Shown here: positions 24,835 through 33,465 of the stretch, piece after piece | Numbering within the stretch: the first letter of the stretch is position 1 | Layout of the letters: each line of letters begins with the position of its first letter | Virus record (IMG/VR): IMGVR_UViG_3300005263_000075 | Location: 1-33,465 of that record | DNA length: 33,465 nucleotides | Origin: a virus | Taxonomy: Duplodnaviria > Caudoviricetes | Strand: one strand, 5' to 3' | Position numbers and translations under genes: made by a program | Notes under the pieces: generated by a model | What the model was told of the DNA's origin: nothing | Database searches by the model: none | Seen by the model: the letters and a program-made list of their open reading frames with translations, nothing else

Positions 24835-26416
24835 ATTTGAAATTATAGATTTATTCTGTGGAGCTGGCGGAACGACTGAAGGCTTTAAGGAAGCAAGATA
24901 TAAAGGAAAGAAAATATGCAAAGTCATAGCCTGCATAAATCACGATGAGATTGCAATCCAAAGTCACGCAGCAAACCATAAGAAGTCAAAACACTTTATC
25001 GAAGACATTAAAACATTCGATGTATCTAAATTCCCTGATTGGTCTCCTGAAGTTGTAAAAATATTGCATGCTTCTCTTGAATGCACAAATTTCAGTAATG
25101 CCAAAGGCGGTCTTCCAAGGGATGCAGACTCAAGAACACTTGCAAATCATTTGTTCAGATATATTGAGTATTTAAAACCTGATTACATAACGATTGAAAA
25201 CGTCAGAGAGTTTTTAAGTTGGGGTGAGCTGGATGAGAAGGGTAAACCTATTTCAAGAGAAAAAGGAAAGGATTATGTGAAATGGGTTGAAGCTGTTAAA
25301 GCTTTCGGGTATGAGTATGAATACCGGCTGTTAAATTCTGCCGATTACGGTGCATATACATCACGTACCAGGTTGTTTATAGTCTTTGCAAAGAAAGGAT
25401 TACCGATTGCATTTCCTGAACCAACACACTCGAAAGTTCCAAACAGAAAATTGAGACTAAAGAAATGGAGGGCAGTTAAAGAAGTGCTTGATTTCAGCGA
25501 TGAGGGGCTTAGTATTTTCGATAGAAAAAAACCTCTTGTTGAAAAGACTCTGGAACGGATTTATGCAGGACTTAGAAAGTTTGCAGATGATGAGAATTAT
25601 ATATTAAAATATATAGGTAATAATACTAAAACTGGAGTAAATAATGGGAAGTCTGTTGATGAACCTTGTATAACAATAACAACACAAAATAGATTAGCTC
25701 TCATTAAGAAATGTTTTCTGTATTCTTACATAAGCGAACAGCCAAAGAGTATTGATGATTCTTTCTATACAATTACAACTCAGCCGCAACATTCGATCGT
25801 CAACACGGAATTTCTGCTTAAATATTACGGGACAGGAAATAATGTGGCAGGAATAAATTGTCCGGCTCCTACATTAACAACTAAAGATAGACTTGCAAAG
25901 ATTAAAGCTGTTTATTTTATGGATCATCAGTTCAGTTCGGGGCAGAGGAATAAAAGCATAGAGGAACCTGCCGGAGGATTAACGACTGTACCAAAACAAA
26001 ACCTTGTAAAAATTGAAAAAGCTTTCCTGATGAATCGACAGTATAACAATGTCGGCAGCGGAATCGATAATCCATGTTTTACTCTCATTGCATCAATGAA
26101 TAAACGTCCCGGGTATATCGTTGTTTCAGAGCTTGGCGAAGTACCGATTTTTATCGATGACTATGATTCCAGAGCAACGAAAAAGATAAAATGGTTTATG
26201 GCAAAACGAGGAATTATTGATGTAAAAATGCGGATGCTTAGAGTATCCGAACTACTTAAAATTCAGGGCTTCCCTGAGAACTATATACTCAAAGGGAACG
26301 ACGAGAACAAAAAGAAATTCATTGGTAATTCTGTCGTTCCAAAAATGGCAAAGAAGATTGCCGAAGCACTGTACAACGAATTAACAATTTTAGATAAACT
26401 TAATAAAGTAGCATAA
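24827..26416 (+). CDS. DNA (cytosine-5) methyltransferase (probable start 24827)
   Basis: IDLFCGAGG, ASLECTNFS, IENVREF, TSRTRLF, RMLRVSELLKIQGFP, IGNSV; AAGGAG RBS 7 nt upstream. Confidence 0.93.
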   Translation: MVKFEIIDLFCGAGGTTEGFKEARYKGKKICKVIACINHDEIAIQSHAANHKKSKHFIEDIKTFDVSKFPDWSPEVVKILHASLECTNFSNAKGGLPRDADSRTLANHLFRYIEYLKPDYITIENVREFLSWGELDEKGKPISREKGKDYVKWVEAVKAFGYEYEYRLLNSADYGAYTSRTRLFIVFAKKGLPIAFPEPTHSKVPNRKLRLKKWRAVKEVLDFSDEGLSIFDRKKPLVEKTLERIYAGLRKFADDENYILKYIGNNTKTGVNNGKSVDEPCITITTQNRLALIKKCFLYSYISEQPKSIDDSFYTITTQPQHSIVNTEFLLKYYGTGNNVAGINCPAPTLTTKDRLAKIKAVYFMDHQFSSGQRNKSIEEPAGGLTTVPKQNLVKIEKAFLMNRQYNNVGSGIDNPCFTLIASMNKRPGYIVVSELGEVPIFIDDYDSRATKKIKWFMAKRGIIDVKMRMLRVSELLKIQGFPENYILKGNDENKKKFIGNSVVPKMAKKIAEALYNELTILDKLNKVA

Positions 26417-26841
26417 TGATAAAACAAATTTACATTGCAAGCTCCTGGAAGAATGTTCATGCAGTCGAATTATTAACCGCTCAGTTGCGGGACCTTGGAT
26501 TTATTGTTATCTCTTGGGTAGAAAATAACTACGGTGAAAACCACAATCACGTAACAAAGAAATTCGACTTTGAAACCTGGGTGAACTCAAAAGAGTCTGA
26601 TCAATCATTTAATTATGATACAGGTGGTGCATCGAGCTGTGATTTATTTATCTATTTAGGCCCGGCAGGAAAAGATGCAGCCGCAGAATGCGGCATAGCC
26701 TGGGCAAGTGGGAAACCGATGATTGGTTTAACTGCTAAAGGTGAGGACTTCGGATTGATGCGGAAAATGTTTGATAAGTGGTTTGACCGTGTTTCGGATT
26801 TATTGCAATATTTAATTCAGCATGTTGACATACAAAAATGA
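26416..26841 (+). CDS. Nucleoside 2-deoxyribosyltransferase-like protein
   Basis: IYIASSWKN..CDLFIYLGPAGKDAAAECGIAWASGKP with the conserved Glu. Confidence 0.7.
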   Translation: MIKQIYIASSWKNVHAVELLTAQLRDLGFIVISWVENNYGENHNHVTKKFDFETWVNSKESDQSFNYDTGGASSCDLFIYLGPAGKDAAAECGIAWASGKPMIGLTAKGEDFGLMRKMFDKWFDRVSDLLQYLIQHVDIQK

Positions 26842-26869
26842 TTATTTATAAATATATAATTACAACTCT

Positions 26870-27139
26870 ATGTTAACAGTATCAGGAAATATTCTTTCTC
26901 TCGGTCTCGTTGTTTACTGCAAGCTTACAGGCAAACAACTTATTATTCAAAAGATACATTATAAAACAAATGTGAATCCTATGTATGTAGTACAGGAGAG
27001 AGAAGTTTCATACATAACTGTCCGTTATCACTCTACAAAGCACGATGAATTTAAAAATGCGGACATTTTTGTTCATGAAATAACTCTGGATAAACCTGCT
27101 TTCAACAACGTTAAAACCCCCTTTAAACATGGGAATTAG
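26870..27139 (+). CDS. Hypothetical protein
   Basis: Operon-packed ORF. Confidence 0.5.
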   Translation: MLTVSGNILSLGLVVYCKLTGKQLIIQKIHYKTNVNPMYVVQEREVSYITVRYHSTKHDEFKNADIFVHEITLDKPAFNNVKTPFKHGN

Positions 27140-27506
27140 TTATAAGCAAATAAAAACAATTTATGCGTGCTTGAAATCCGTTAATAAGGATAATGATTTT
27201 TTACACGAATATATGCCGCTTTGGGTCGGTAAATCATCCGTTAAAGATTTAAATACGAATGACGTAATTGTAATATTAACAAATTTGAATAAGATAGGAG
27301 AGAAAACACCAATCACTTCAGGGAGCCCTACATCCGGTCAGCTGTATCGGATAAGAAAATTGAGTGAAGACCTCGGGCTTAACGAGGTTGAATTAAATAA
27401 ATTTCTATTACGCACAACAAAAAATAAATCAAGTGTGGCAACTCTCACATTTACGGATGCTTCGGCAGTAATAACAGGACTCCGTAAATGGAGCAAACAG
27501 AAATAA
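27129..27506 (+). CDS. GemA-like (DUF1018) regulatory protein
   Basis: QIKTIYA..GKSSVKDL..GQLYRIRKL..LNKFL..ASAVITGLRK. Confidence 0.8.
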   Translation: MGISYKQIKTIYACLKSVNKDNDFLHEYMPLWVGKSSVKDLNTNDVIVILTNLNKIGEKTPITSGSPTSGQLYRIRKLSEDLGLNEVELNKFLLRTTKNKSSVATLTFTDASAVITGLRKWSKQK

Positions 27507-27528
27507 CTGAAAACTTAAAATTAAAATT

Positions 27529-27717
27529 ATGGACAAAAGTAAAAAGACAAACATTTTAGAACCATTAAAAAAAGAAAATAAACAAGAGAATCTTTCGTTC
27601 AGAGTATCCTATTCAGATGGTACAGTATTTCCAATCATAGCGCGTTGTATCGTTGTAGCGAATGCAGTTGCAAGGCTTTATGCCAACGGTAGATCATACG
27701 GAATAAAACAGGTGTAA
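27529..27717 (+). CDS. Hypothetical protein
   Basis: 62 aa ORF ending at the late promoter motif. Confidence 0.45.
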   Translation: MDKSKKTNILEPLKKENKQENLSFRVSYSDGTVFPIIARCIVVANAVARLYANGRSYGIKQV

Positions 27718-27769
27718 AATCTATCCTTGCAAATTCAAGGTTTATTAAAATGTTTTGCTATTGTAAATT
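27717..27769 (+). promoter_or_regulatory. Late promoter motif, copy 2 (activator-terminase-portal operon), dyad CCTTGC-N4-TCAAGG at 27725-27740
   Basis: 44/53 nt identical to the reverse complement of 13086..13138. Confidence 0.8.
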
Positions 27770-27774
27770 AGTGT

Positions 27775-28011
27775 ATGAATAATGATAACATGAATATCGA
27801 CAAAGAAAAAGAAAAAGAGCGGATCATAGAAGATGCCCGGAGATTAGGTATTGCCTCCGAGATAAAGATTCGTAATTTGAGAATACGGAATGAATATAGA
27901 ATCCTACGAAGGTCGCATAAATGCAAAGAAGCATTATTCATTCTGGCAGAGAAATATTTTCTCGACAACAAAACAATTCAATCAGCAGTTTATCAAAAGA
28001 ATAATGAGTAA
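27775..28011 (+). CDS. Mor/C-like late transcription activator
   Basis: IRNLRIRNEY..LAEKYFLDNKTIQSAVY Mor-type HTH; follows GemA as in Mu-like phages. Confidence 0.7.
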   Translation: MNNDNMNIDKEKEKERIIEDARRLGIASEIKIRNLRIRNEYRILRRSHKCKEALFILAEKYFLDNKTIQSAVYQKNNE

Positions 28012-28513
28012 CAATAATAAACAAATATTACCTGAAGCCAAACGTCTATATCTCGAAGGAAGATCACCATCGGACATACTTAAATTGTTTCCGACTTTGT
28101 CAAGTTCAACTTTGTACACCTGGAAAAAGAAATTTAAGTGGGATGAGCTGCGTGATACCAAAATGAAGAAGTTTACAAACTCACCTGAGATACTTCTTGA
28201 TATGCTTGAAGAGTTATTGAGTAAAGTACCGGGGATGCTGGCAAGTGAAGATATAGATGTAAATCAGAAATCTACCAACATCGCAAAAATATCAGATTCT
28301 GTTTCAAAGATTTGTAGTTCAATAAAATCATTATCTAAAGATAAGGATAGATTGTCCGCCATACTTTTCTCAATGGAGGAACTTGGTAATTATATAAATA
28401 TTGCACCCGACAAACATTTATTTGATGATGAGTTTAGAATTAAGTTCGATGCATTGTTATCTGGATTCTCATCACACATTCTCGATAAGTATTCAGAAAA
28501 GGGAATGGGTTAA
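28004..28513 (+). CDS. Terminase small subunit-like HTH protein (DUF1804-like; probable start 28004)
   Basis: AKRLYLEG..STLYTWKKKFKWD; upstream of the terminase large subunit. Confidence 0.75.
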   Translation: MSNNNKQILPEAKRLYLEGRSPSDILKLFPTLSSSTLYTWKKKFKWDELRDTKMKKFTNSPEILLDMLEELLSKVPGMLASEDIDVNQKSTNIAKISDSVSKICSSIKSLSKDKDRLSAILFSMEELGNYINIAPDKHLFDDEFRIKFDALLSGFSSHILDKYSEKGMG

Positions 28514-28540
28514 TTTTTTATAATTAAATAATTAAATGAT

Positions 28541-28738
28541 ATGAGCAAAGAAACACACAAAATTGTCGTTAAGAAAGTATTAATTCAGGAGAGTATCAAT
28601 AAACAGATAAAAGAGTTATTGAGTCTTGCTGAAGAAGAGGGTTTAGTTGTAACGGATCTGCGGTTATCATTAACCCTCGTTGAATTTGGCAGTAGTCAAA
28701 TCGTGGGAGCACATTCAGAATTTAAAGTTTCCATATAA
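28541..28738 (+). CDS. Hypothetical protein
   Basis: 65 aa ORF between the terminase subunits. Confidence 0.5.
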   Translation: MSKETHKIVVKKVLIQESINKQIKELLSLAEEEGLVVTDLRLSLTLVEFGSSQIVGAHSEFKVSI

Positions 28739-28739
28739 T

Positions 28740-30230
28740 ATGAAAGATAAAGATTTTGTAATAAAGTTTGAGAATCTTCGTGGCTGGATTAGAAATTCCG
28801 TTAAGGATTTCTCAGGTGACACACTTGAGAAAAAGGCAGAACGTATTGCCAAAGCTAAAGAAGATAAAATCTTTTTTGCAAAGACTTATTTTCCGCATTA
28901 CATATCAGATGATTTTGCACCGGTGCATACCGAACTCTTTGAACTATCAGACATATACAATAAACCTGTAGTTGTAGCAGGTGCGCGTGAGGTCGCAAAA
29001 TCAACAATAATTTCATTCTTCGATGAGCTGCATAAAACACTTTATAAGTTAAATAAATTTACCGTATTCATTTCTGATACACGTGAGACTGCAGCAACAG
29101 AATTTCTGCTTCCAATTCGGGCGGAACTGGAAGCAAACCCAAGAATCATTGCGGACTTCGGCGAACAAAAGTCTGACTATTGGGGGCTTGAAGATTTCGT
29201 TACTTTATCTGGGAAGAGATTTCTGTCTCTTGGCCCGAGACAAGGAGGAAAAGGAAAAAGAAATAAAGGCTCACGTATCGACAGGGTTATTGTTGAAGAC
29301 TTCGAAAATCTGAATTCATCACGCAAGAAAAGTATTATTAAACGCCGTTTAAAGTACCTTATGTCGGATATAATGAAGTCCACAAATTTCAGAAAGTGGC
29401 AATTTATATTCGTTGGGAATTACTTTTCAAAGAAAACCATTATTCATACACTTCTGACTTCCGATGATTATAAAAACTGGGAGCGCAGAATTTATCCGGC
29501 AATAATTGATGTCAAAGGTAAACAGAAATCTATCTGGGAGGCACGTATGCCGCTCAAGAAGCTTCTCGAGGAGCAAGCTGATGATCCTGTGACATTCAGG
29601 ACCGAACGGATGCAAAAACCGGATGACGATGAAGCTAAATTTAAGGAAGAATGGTTTCAAAAATTTGACATGAAAGACATTTCAGATTCTAAAGGTGAAC
29701 TGCGTTTACCAGTTGTTACCTATCATGATCCGGCAGCAGGAAAAGGAGAAGAGCATTGTTATAAGGCAACAGTTTCACTGGCTGTCGACAAAAAAAATGC
29801 GGACTATTATGTAATTCATGCATACATAAATAAAGATTCAAAGTTTAGAAACATTCAAAAGCATTTTGACATTTCAAAGGAATTCCATTCTGTAGCAGAC
29901 GGCGTAGAATCTAACGGTTACCAGTTGTCACTTAAAGAAGATTACGAGCGTGAAGAGAAACATCGTGGAATCAGGTTAAACTTAAAATTAATTCATCATC
30001 GGGAGTCGAAAGAAGTACGTATTTTACGGCTCGAGTCACCTATTGAACGTGGGCATATAAAGTTTTTAAGAGTTCCCGGGTACACTGGTGTAAACATGCT
30101 TATTGATCAGCTTCTTGATTATCCGGATGGTGATGATATTGACGGACCGGATGCGCTTTCAGGTGCCATCGAAGTTGCAGATCAAGTTATACTTAAAAAG
30201 AAAAATAAATTAAAGGCTAAGGTATTTTAA
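28740..30230 (+). CDS. Terminase large subunit (probable start 28740)
   Basis: FFAKTYFPHY, Walker A-like GAREVAKST, Walker B-like VIVEDFE, nuclease YHDPA..VESNGYQ..DGPDAL. Confidence 0.9.
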   Translation: MKDKDFVIKFENLRGWIRNSVKDFSGDTLEKKAERIAKAKEDKIFFAKTYFPHYISDDFAPVHTELFELSDIYNKPVVVAGAREVAKSTIISFFDELHKTLYKLNKFTVFISDTRETAATEFLLPIRAELEANPRIIADFGEQKSDYWGLEDFVTLSGKRFLSLGPRQGGKGKRNKGSRIDRVIVEDFENLNSSRKKSIIKRRLKYLMSDIMKSTNFRKWQFIFVGNYFSKKTIIHTLLTSDDYKNWERRIYPAIIDVKGKQKSIWEARMPLKKLLEEQADDPVTFRTERMQKPDDDEAKFKEEWFQKFDMKDISDSKGELRLPVVTYHDPAAGKGEEHCYKATVSLAVDKKNADYYVIHAYINKDSKFRNIQKHFDISKEFHSVADGVESNGYQLSLKEDYEREEKHRGIRLNLKLIHHRESKEVRILRLESPIERGHIKFLRVPGYTGVNMLIDQLLDYPDGDDIDGPDALSGAIEVADQVILKKKNKLKAKVF

Positions 30231-31049
30231 ATGAAAAATAATAACAATACTTCAGTCTCTTCTCACAAAATGAAAACTCCTATTTCTTATTATGGGGGCA
30301 AACAAATGCTCGCAAGTCGTATAATTCCGCTATTTCCAAAACACAATTTATACTGTGAGCCATTCTTCGGCGGAGGTGCAATATTCTTTCAAAAAGAACC
30401 ATCCCCGGTTGAAGTAATAAACGATATTGATGGTCGGGTTGTAAACTTTTTCCGTTGCGTAAAAACAGATTTCCAATTACTAAAGTATTTAATACTTCAG
30501 ACCCCGCATTCACGTTCAGTGCATAAAGAAGCTGAGATTGTTTTAAAAAACCCGGAGTTCTATTCAAAGGTTAAACGGGCATGGGCTTTCTGGGTGCAGA
30601 CAAACATGTCCTACGGATGTGCTATATTTGGTGGATTTGCTTATGGTAAAACAAAGAATTCTACAGAAAAGAAAACTATGAATAAGCGAAACAATTTTAC
30701 GGACGAATATGCTAAACGATTGGACTGTGTACAGATTGAAAACAATGATGCAACCAAGATTATTAAATCTCGTGATTCTGTTAATTCTTTCTTTTATTGC
30801 GACCCTCCATACTACAACGCTGATATGGGTCATTACGGTTTTTACACGAAAGATGATTATGTTAAATTACTCGATACTCTCAGTAATATTAAAGGAAAAT
30901 TTCTTCTATCCTCGTACAATTCCGACGTGCTTGATCACTACTCTAAGGAAAAGAAGTGGGATAAGATTGAACACACCATGCTTATGCCAATGAGTAGGAA
31001 TACAAAGACTAAAACGGAAGTGTTAACAGCAAATTATAATTTAAATTAA
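30231..31049 (+). CDS. DNA adenine methyltransferase, Dam/D12 class (alternative start 30270)
   Basis: ISYYGGK, YCEPFFGGGAIF, EVINDID, FYCDPPY, FLLSSY, TEVLTANY. Confidence 0.92.
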   Translation: MKNNNNTSVSSHKMKTPISYYGGKQMLASRIIPLFPKHNLYCEPFFGGGAIFFQKEPSPVEVINDIDGRVVNFFRCVKTDFQLLKYLILQTPHSRSVHKEAEIVLKNPEFYSKVKRAWAFWVQTNMSYGCAIFGGFAYGKTKNSTEKKTMNKRNNFTDEYAKRLDCVQIENNDATKIIKSRDSVNSFFYCDPPYYNADMGHYGFYTKDDYVKLLDTLSNIKGKFLLSSYNSDVLDHYSKEKKWDKIEHTMLMPMSRNTKTKTEVLTANYNLN

Positions 31050-31060
31050 AAATTGTAACC

Positions 31061-32554
31061 ATGAGCAAAAGAAAGAATCCTGTTGTTAAAGTTATCCCGG
31101 TAAAAGGCAAAACTACAACGAAAATAATCGAATTAGAAGTTAGTAAAGACTCACAAACACCTGGAAAGGTAATTGCCCGTACCTATGGTATCGAAGATGC
31201 TCAGGGAATCGTTATTCCCGGGACAACTGGGGTTAAGAAAAGCGATAAAGAAGTTAAAGTAAAAGGCAAAATTAATATTGTCAAAGATTCCGGTCAGAAA
31301 CTTAAAACAACAATGTCTGTAACATACCGTTTGCCTTATATAGACCCGGAAGCGATTAAAGGATTCTATGAAGCTAACCCAGAGCATGTGAGATGTATTA
31401 ATTTAAAAGCTAACTGTATAATTGGTGGAGGTGTTGACATCGAACCAATTGATCCTAAATTAACCGAGTATAAGAATGATAAAGAATATAAGCTACTTGA
31501 AGATTTAATAACAAAACCTGTTAATAAAAACGATGAAGGGCTCATAGAGGTATTAAGAGCTTGGGTAGCTGATAAAGTTAATTTTGGATGGGGGCCATTA
31601 GAAATCGTAAAAAATAATGGAGGCACACTTGGAGAAATCTATTATTTCCCAGCATATGAGGCAAGACTTGTTTATAACGATAGAATAGAAAACGGAGGTT
31701 TTGCAGAGAAAGTCACGGTCATCCAACTTATTAATTCAAGTGAAGCAGTCAGATTTCCAATCTTCAGTGAGAAGAATTTTAAGGATAAAAAGAACCTGAG
31801 ACTAACTATGTTACTCAGGAATATGAATCCGTTTGACCGGTTTTACGGATTTCCGGACTGGTATCCGGCAACTGCAAAACTCATATTATCTTCATTGATA
31901 GATGATTACAATATTAGGTCGTTTAAAAATGATTTGATGTTGAACTTTGTCATTATTGTTGAAGGCGGTGATATTGCGGACGGACAGGATGATGCTATTA
32001 AAACATTTTTATCTGCTAATTATAAAGGAGTAGGTAATGCTTCTAAAGCGCTGTATTTATCAACTGATAATCCTGATGTAAAAGTTCGAATCGAGAAAGT
32101 TCAAAAGGACGGGAGAGAAGCATCATTTAGATTGACTCAAAGTGATACTTCACAAAGCATAATTATTTCACACGGTGTAATTGCTTCCCTTATAGGGATC
32201 AGTCAGTCTGGGAAACTTGGGAATACTTCAGAGAACTATGATTTGTTCCGTGTTATGAACGAAACTGTCATAAAGCCCGAGCAAAAGCAGGTAGCAGATA
32301 AATTAAATTCTCTTATTAGAATAGGACTTGGAATTACTAAGTTTAAACTCGTTCCGAAAGAATTAACATTCGAAAAACTCACTGAGATGGTGAAATTTGC
32401 GACTGAACTTGTAAGAGAAAATATAATTGATGATAACGAAGCAAGACAGTATTTGAATTATGAAACTCGTGAAGTTGACCCTAATACGCTAGCTGACCAG
32501 GTCAGGAATCTGACAAAGCAAGTCCGTATCATTAAAGAATCACTCGAGAATTAA
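31061..32554 (+). CDS. Portal protein (PBSX/HK97-like)
   Basis: HVRCINLKA, FGWGPLEIV, FYGFPDW, YKGVGNA, EASF..IIISHGV, INE-like IIDDNEARQYL. Confidence 0.9.
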   Translation: MSKRKNPVVKVIPVKGKTTTKIIELEVSKDSQTPGKVIARTYGIEDAQGIVIPGTTGVKKSDKEVKVKGKINIVKDSGQKLKTTMSVTYRLPYIDPEAIKGFYEANPEHVRCINLKANCIIGGGVDIEPIDPKLTEYKNDKEYKLLEDLITKPVNKNDEGLIEVLRAWVADKVNFGWGPLEIVKNNGGTLGEIYYFPAYEARLVYNDRIENGGFAEKVTVIQLINSSEAVRFPIFSEKNFKDKKNLRLTMLLRNMNPFDRFYGFPDWYPATAKLILSSLIDDYNIRSFKNDLMLNFVIIVEGGDIADGQDDAIKTFLSANYKGVGNASKALYLSTDNPDVKVRIEKVQKDGREASFRLTQSDTSQSIIISHGVIASLIGISQSGKLGNTSENYDLFRVMNETVIKPEQKQVADKLNSLIRIGLGITKFKLVPKELTFEKLTEMVKFATELVRENIIDDNEARQYLNYETREVDPNTLADQVRNLTKQVRIIKESLEN

Positions 32555-33465
32555 TGTGTATTAAATCAAATATTGAAATTTTAGAAAAAGAACTTACTAA
32601 TCTCGAGTATGTTATTATACAAAAGGATGAGAAAGGTTACAAGAAACTACTGAAGAAGCTCATTACTCTTCAGGTGAATTCGTTTGACAAAAAAGTAAAC
32701 GAAGCTATTGATAAATGCATCAATTACTTAAAATCAGTCGGAGCGGAATCGTTTAATAATGACCATTTAAACTACATTCAAACAGTGTTTGAAATGTCAC
32801 TCGGGAAACATTTGCCATCATTAATGGAGGCAGATTTACTAACTCTAAACACTCAAATATATAAGTTTGGAATTGGTGAGGTTGGAAAATCTGTTAAAAT
32901 GAAACTTGGGTTTGATGTTCCTGATGAAGAAGCGGGTGTCATACTTGGTAAACAAAATTTATTCTGGGTTCAGGATTATTATGGAACTCAGTTAAAAGAT
33001 GAAATTAATAAAATTTTGACACCATATTTTAAATCGGATAAAACAATCAACGAGGTCATTGATGATTTCCAAAAATCGTTTAATAAAATTACTAATAAAG
33101 GTGTTGATTATTTCGAGGGGCTCGCTGAACATACTACTAACCGTGTCCGGGAGTTAGGTAAAATTACTGGTTATGAGAAAGCCGGTATTGAATCATATGA
33201 GATTGTAGCGGTTGTTGATGATCGTACATCGGACATATGTTTGGAAATGAATGGTAAAATATTCGATGTGGCAAGCGGCGTAAATTTCCGCGATACAATA
33301 TTAGGGTTAAGTGATCCCGCCGACATTAAAAATGTCGCGGCGTGGCGCACCCCTGACGAAATCAAGGGACTTTCAGTGGCTGATCTGCCTCCGGGTATGG
33401 AAGTACCGCCATATCATTTTAAATGTCGCACTATAACAGTTGCATATTTTGCTGCTGCTGCTTAA
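32554..33465 (+). CDS. Minor head morphogenesis protein (Mu gpF / SPP1 gp7 family)
   Basis: AVVDDRTSDICLEMNGK..PPYHFKCRT; TAATG overlap with the portal gene. Confidence 0.9.
   Translation: MCIKSNIEILEKELTNLEYVIIQKDEKGYKKLLKKLITLQVNSFDKKVNEAIDKCINYLKSVGAESFNNDHLNYIQTVFEMSLGKHLPSLMEADLLTLNTQIYKFGIGEVGKSVKMKLGFDVPDEEAGVILGKQNLFWVQDYYGTQLKDEINKILTPYFKSDKTINEVIDDFQKSFNKITNKGVDYFEGLAEHTTNRVRELGKITGYEKAGIESYEIVAVVDDRTSDICLEMNGKIFDVASGVNFRDTILGLSDPADIKNVAAWRTPDEIKGLSVADLPPGMEVPPYHFKCRTITVAYFAAAA

Larger units (their letters stand above)
1..33465. mobile_element. Mu-like transposable (pro)phage with siphovirus-type tail; ends lie outside the window
   Basis: DDE transposase plus AAA ATPase pair, GemA-like, Mor-like, DUF3164 and gpF-like genes together with head, tail and lysis genes; no host housekeeping genes. 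Confidence 0.95.

Noticed and set aside
1-33465. Phage termini, CRISPR array, tRNA/rRNA, invertase cassette, mom gene or diversity-generating retroelement
   Set aside because: No spaced direct repeats, RNA gene, recombinase, reverse transcriptase or end repeats recognised by eye; both edges stop at gene ends inside the phage

Overview
The whole window is one AT-rich temperate transposable (Mu-like) phage or prophage; neither end is visible. In the centre is an immunity region: a LexA/CI-type repressor on the minus strand, palindromic operators and two Cro/Ner-like HTH genes. To its right, on the plus strand, come a MuA-like DDE transposase, a MuB-like ATPase, accessory early genes (Gam-like, DUF3164, DUF5131, two DNA methyltransferases, an NDT-like protein, GemA-like), a Mor-like activator and the packaging genes (terminase small and large subunits, a Dam-like methylase, portal, gpF-like head protein). 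The rest of morphogenesis (XkdF-like protease/scaffold, capsid, neck, siphovirus tail tube, lysis genes, frameshifted tail chaperones, tape measure) runs the opposite way, to the left of the repressor. Both late operons are preceded by the same 53-bp motif (44/53 identical) built around a CCTTG(A)-N4-TCAAGG dyad. The most striking feature is that four genes inside the virion operon encode proteins with cleavable Sec signal peptides followed by Gln: a tail-fibre-like protein, two paralogous structural-looking proteins and a miniature subtilisin-like protease. This suggests an extracytoplasmic route for making or maturing virion appendages. The +1 Gln and the promoter shape point to a Bacteroidota/Chlorobi/Ignavibacteria-type host (inference). 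All family calls come from motif recognition by eye; no searches were run.
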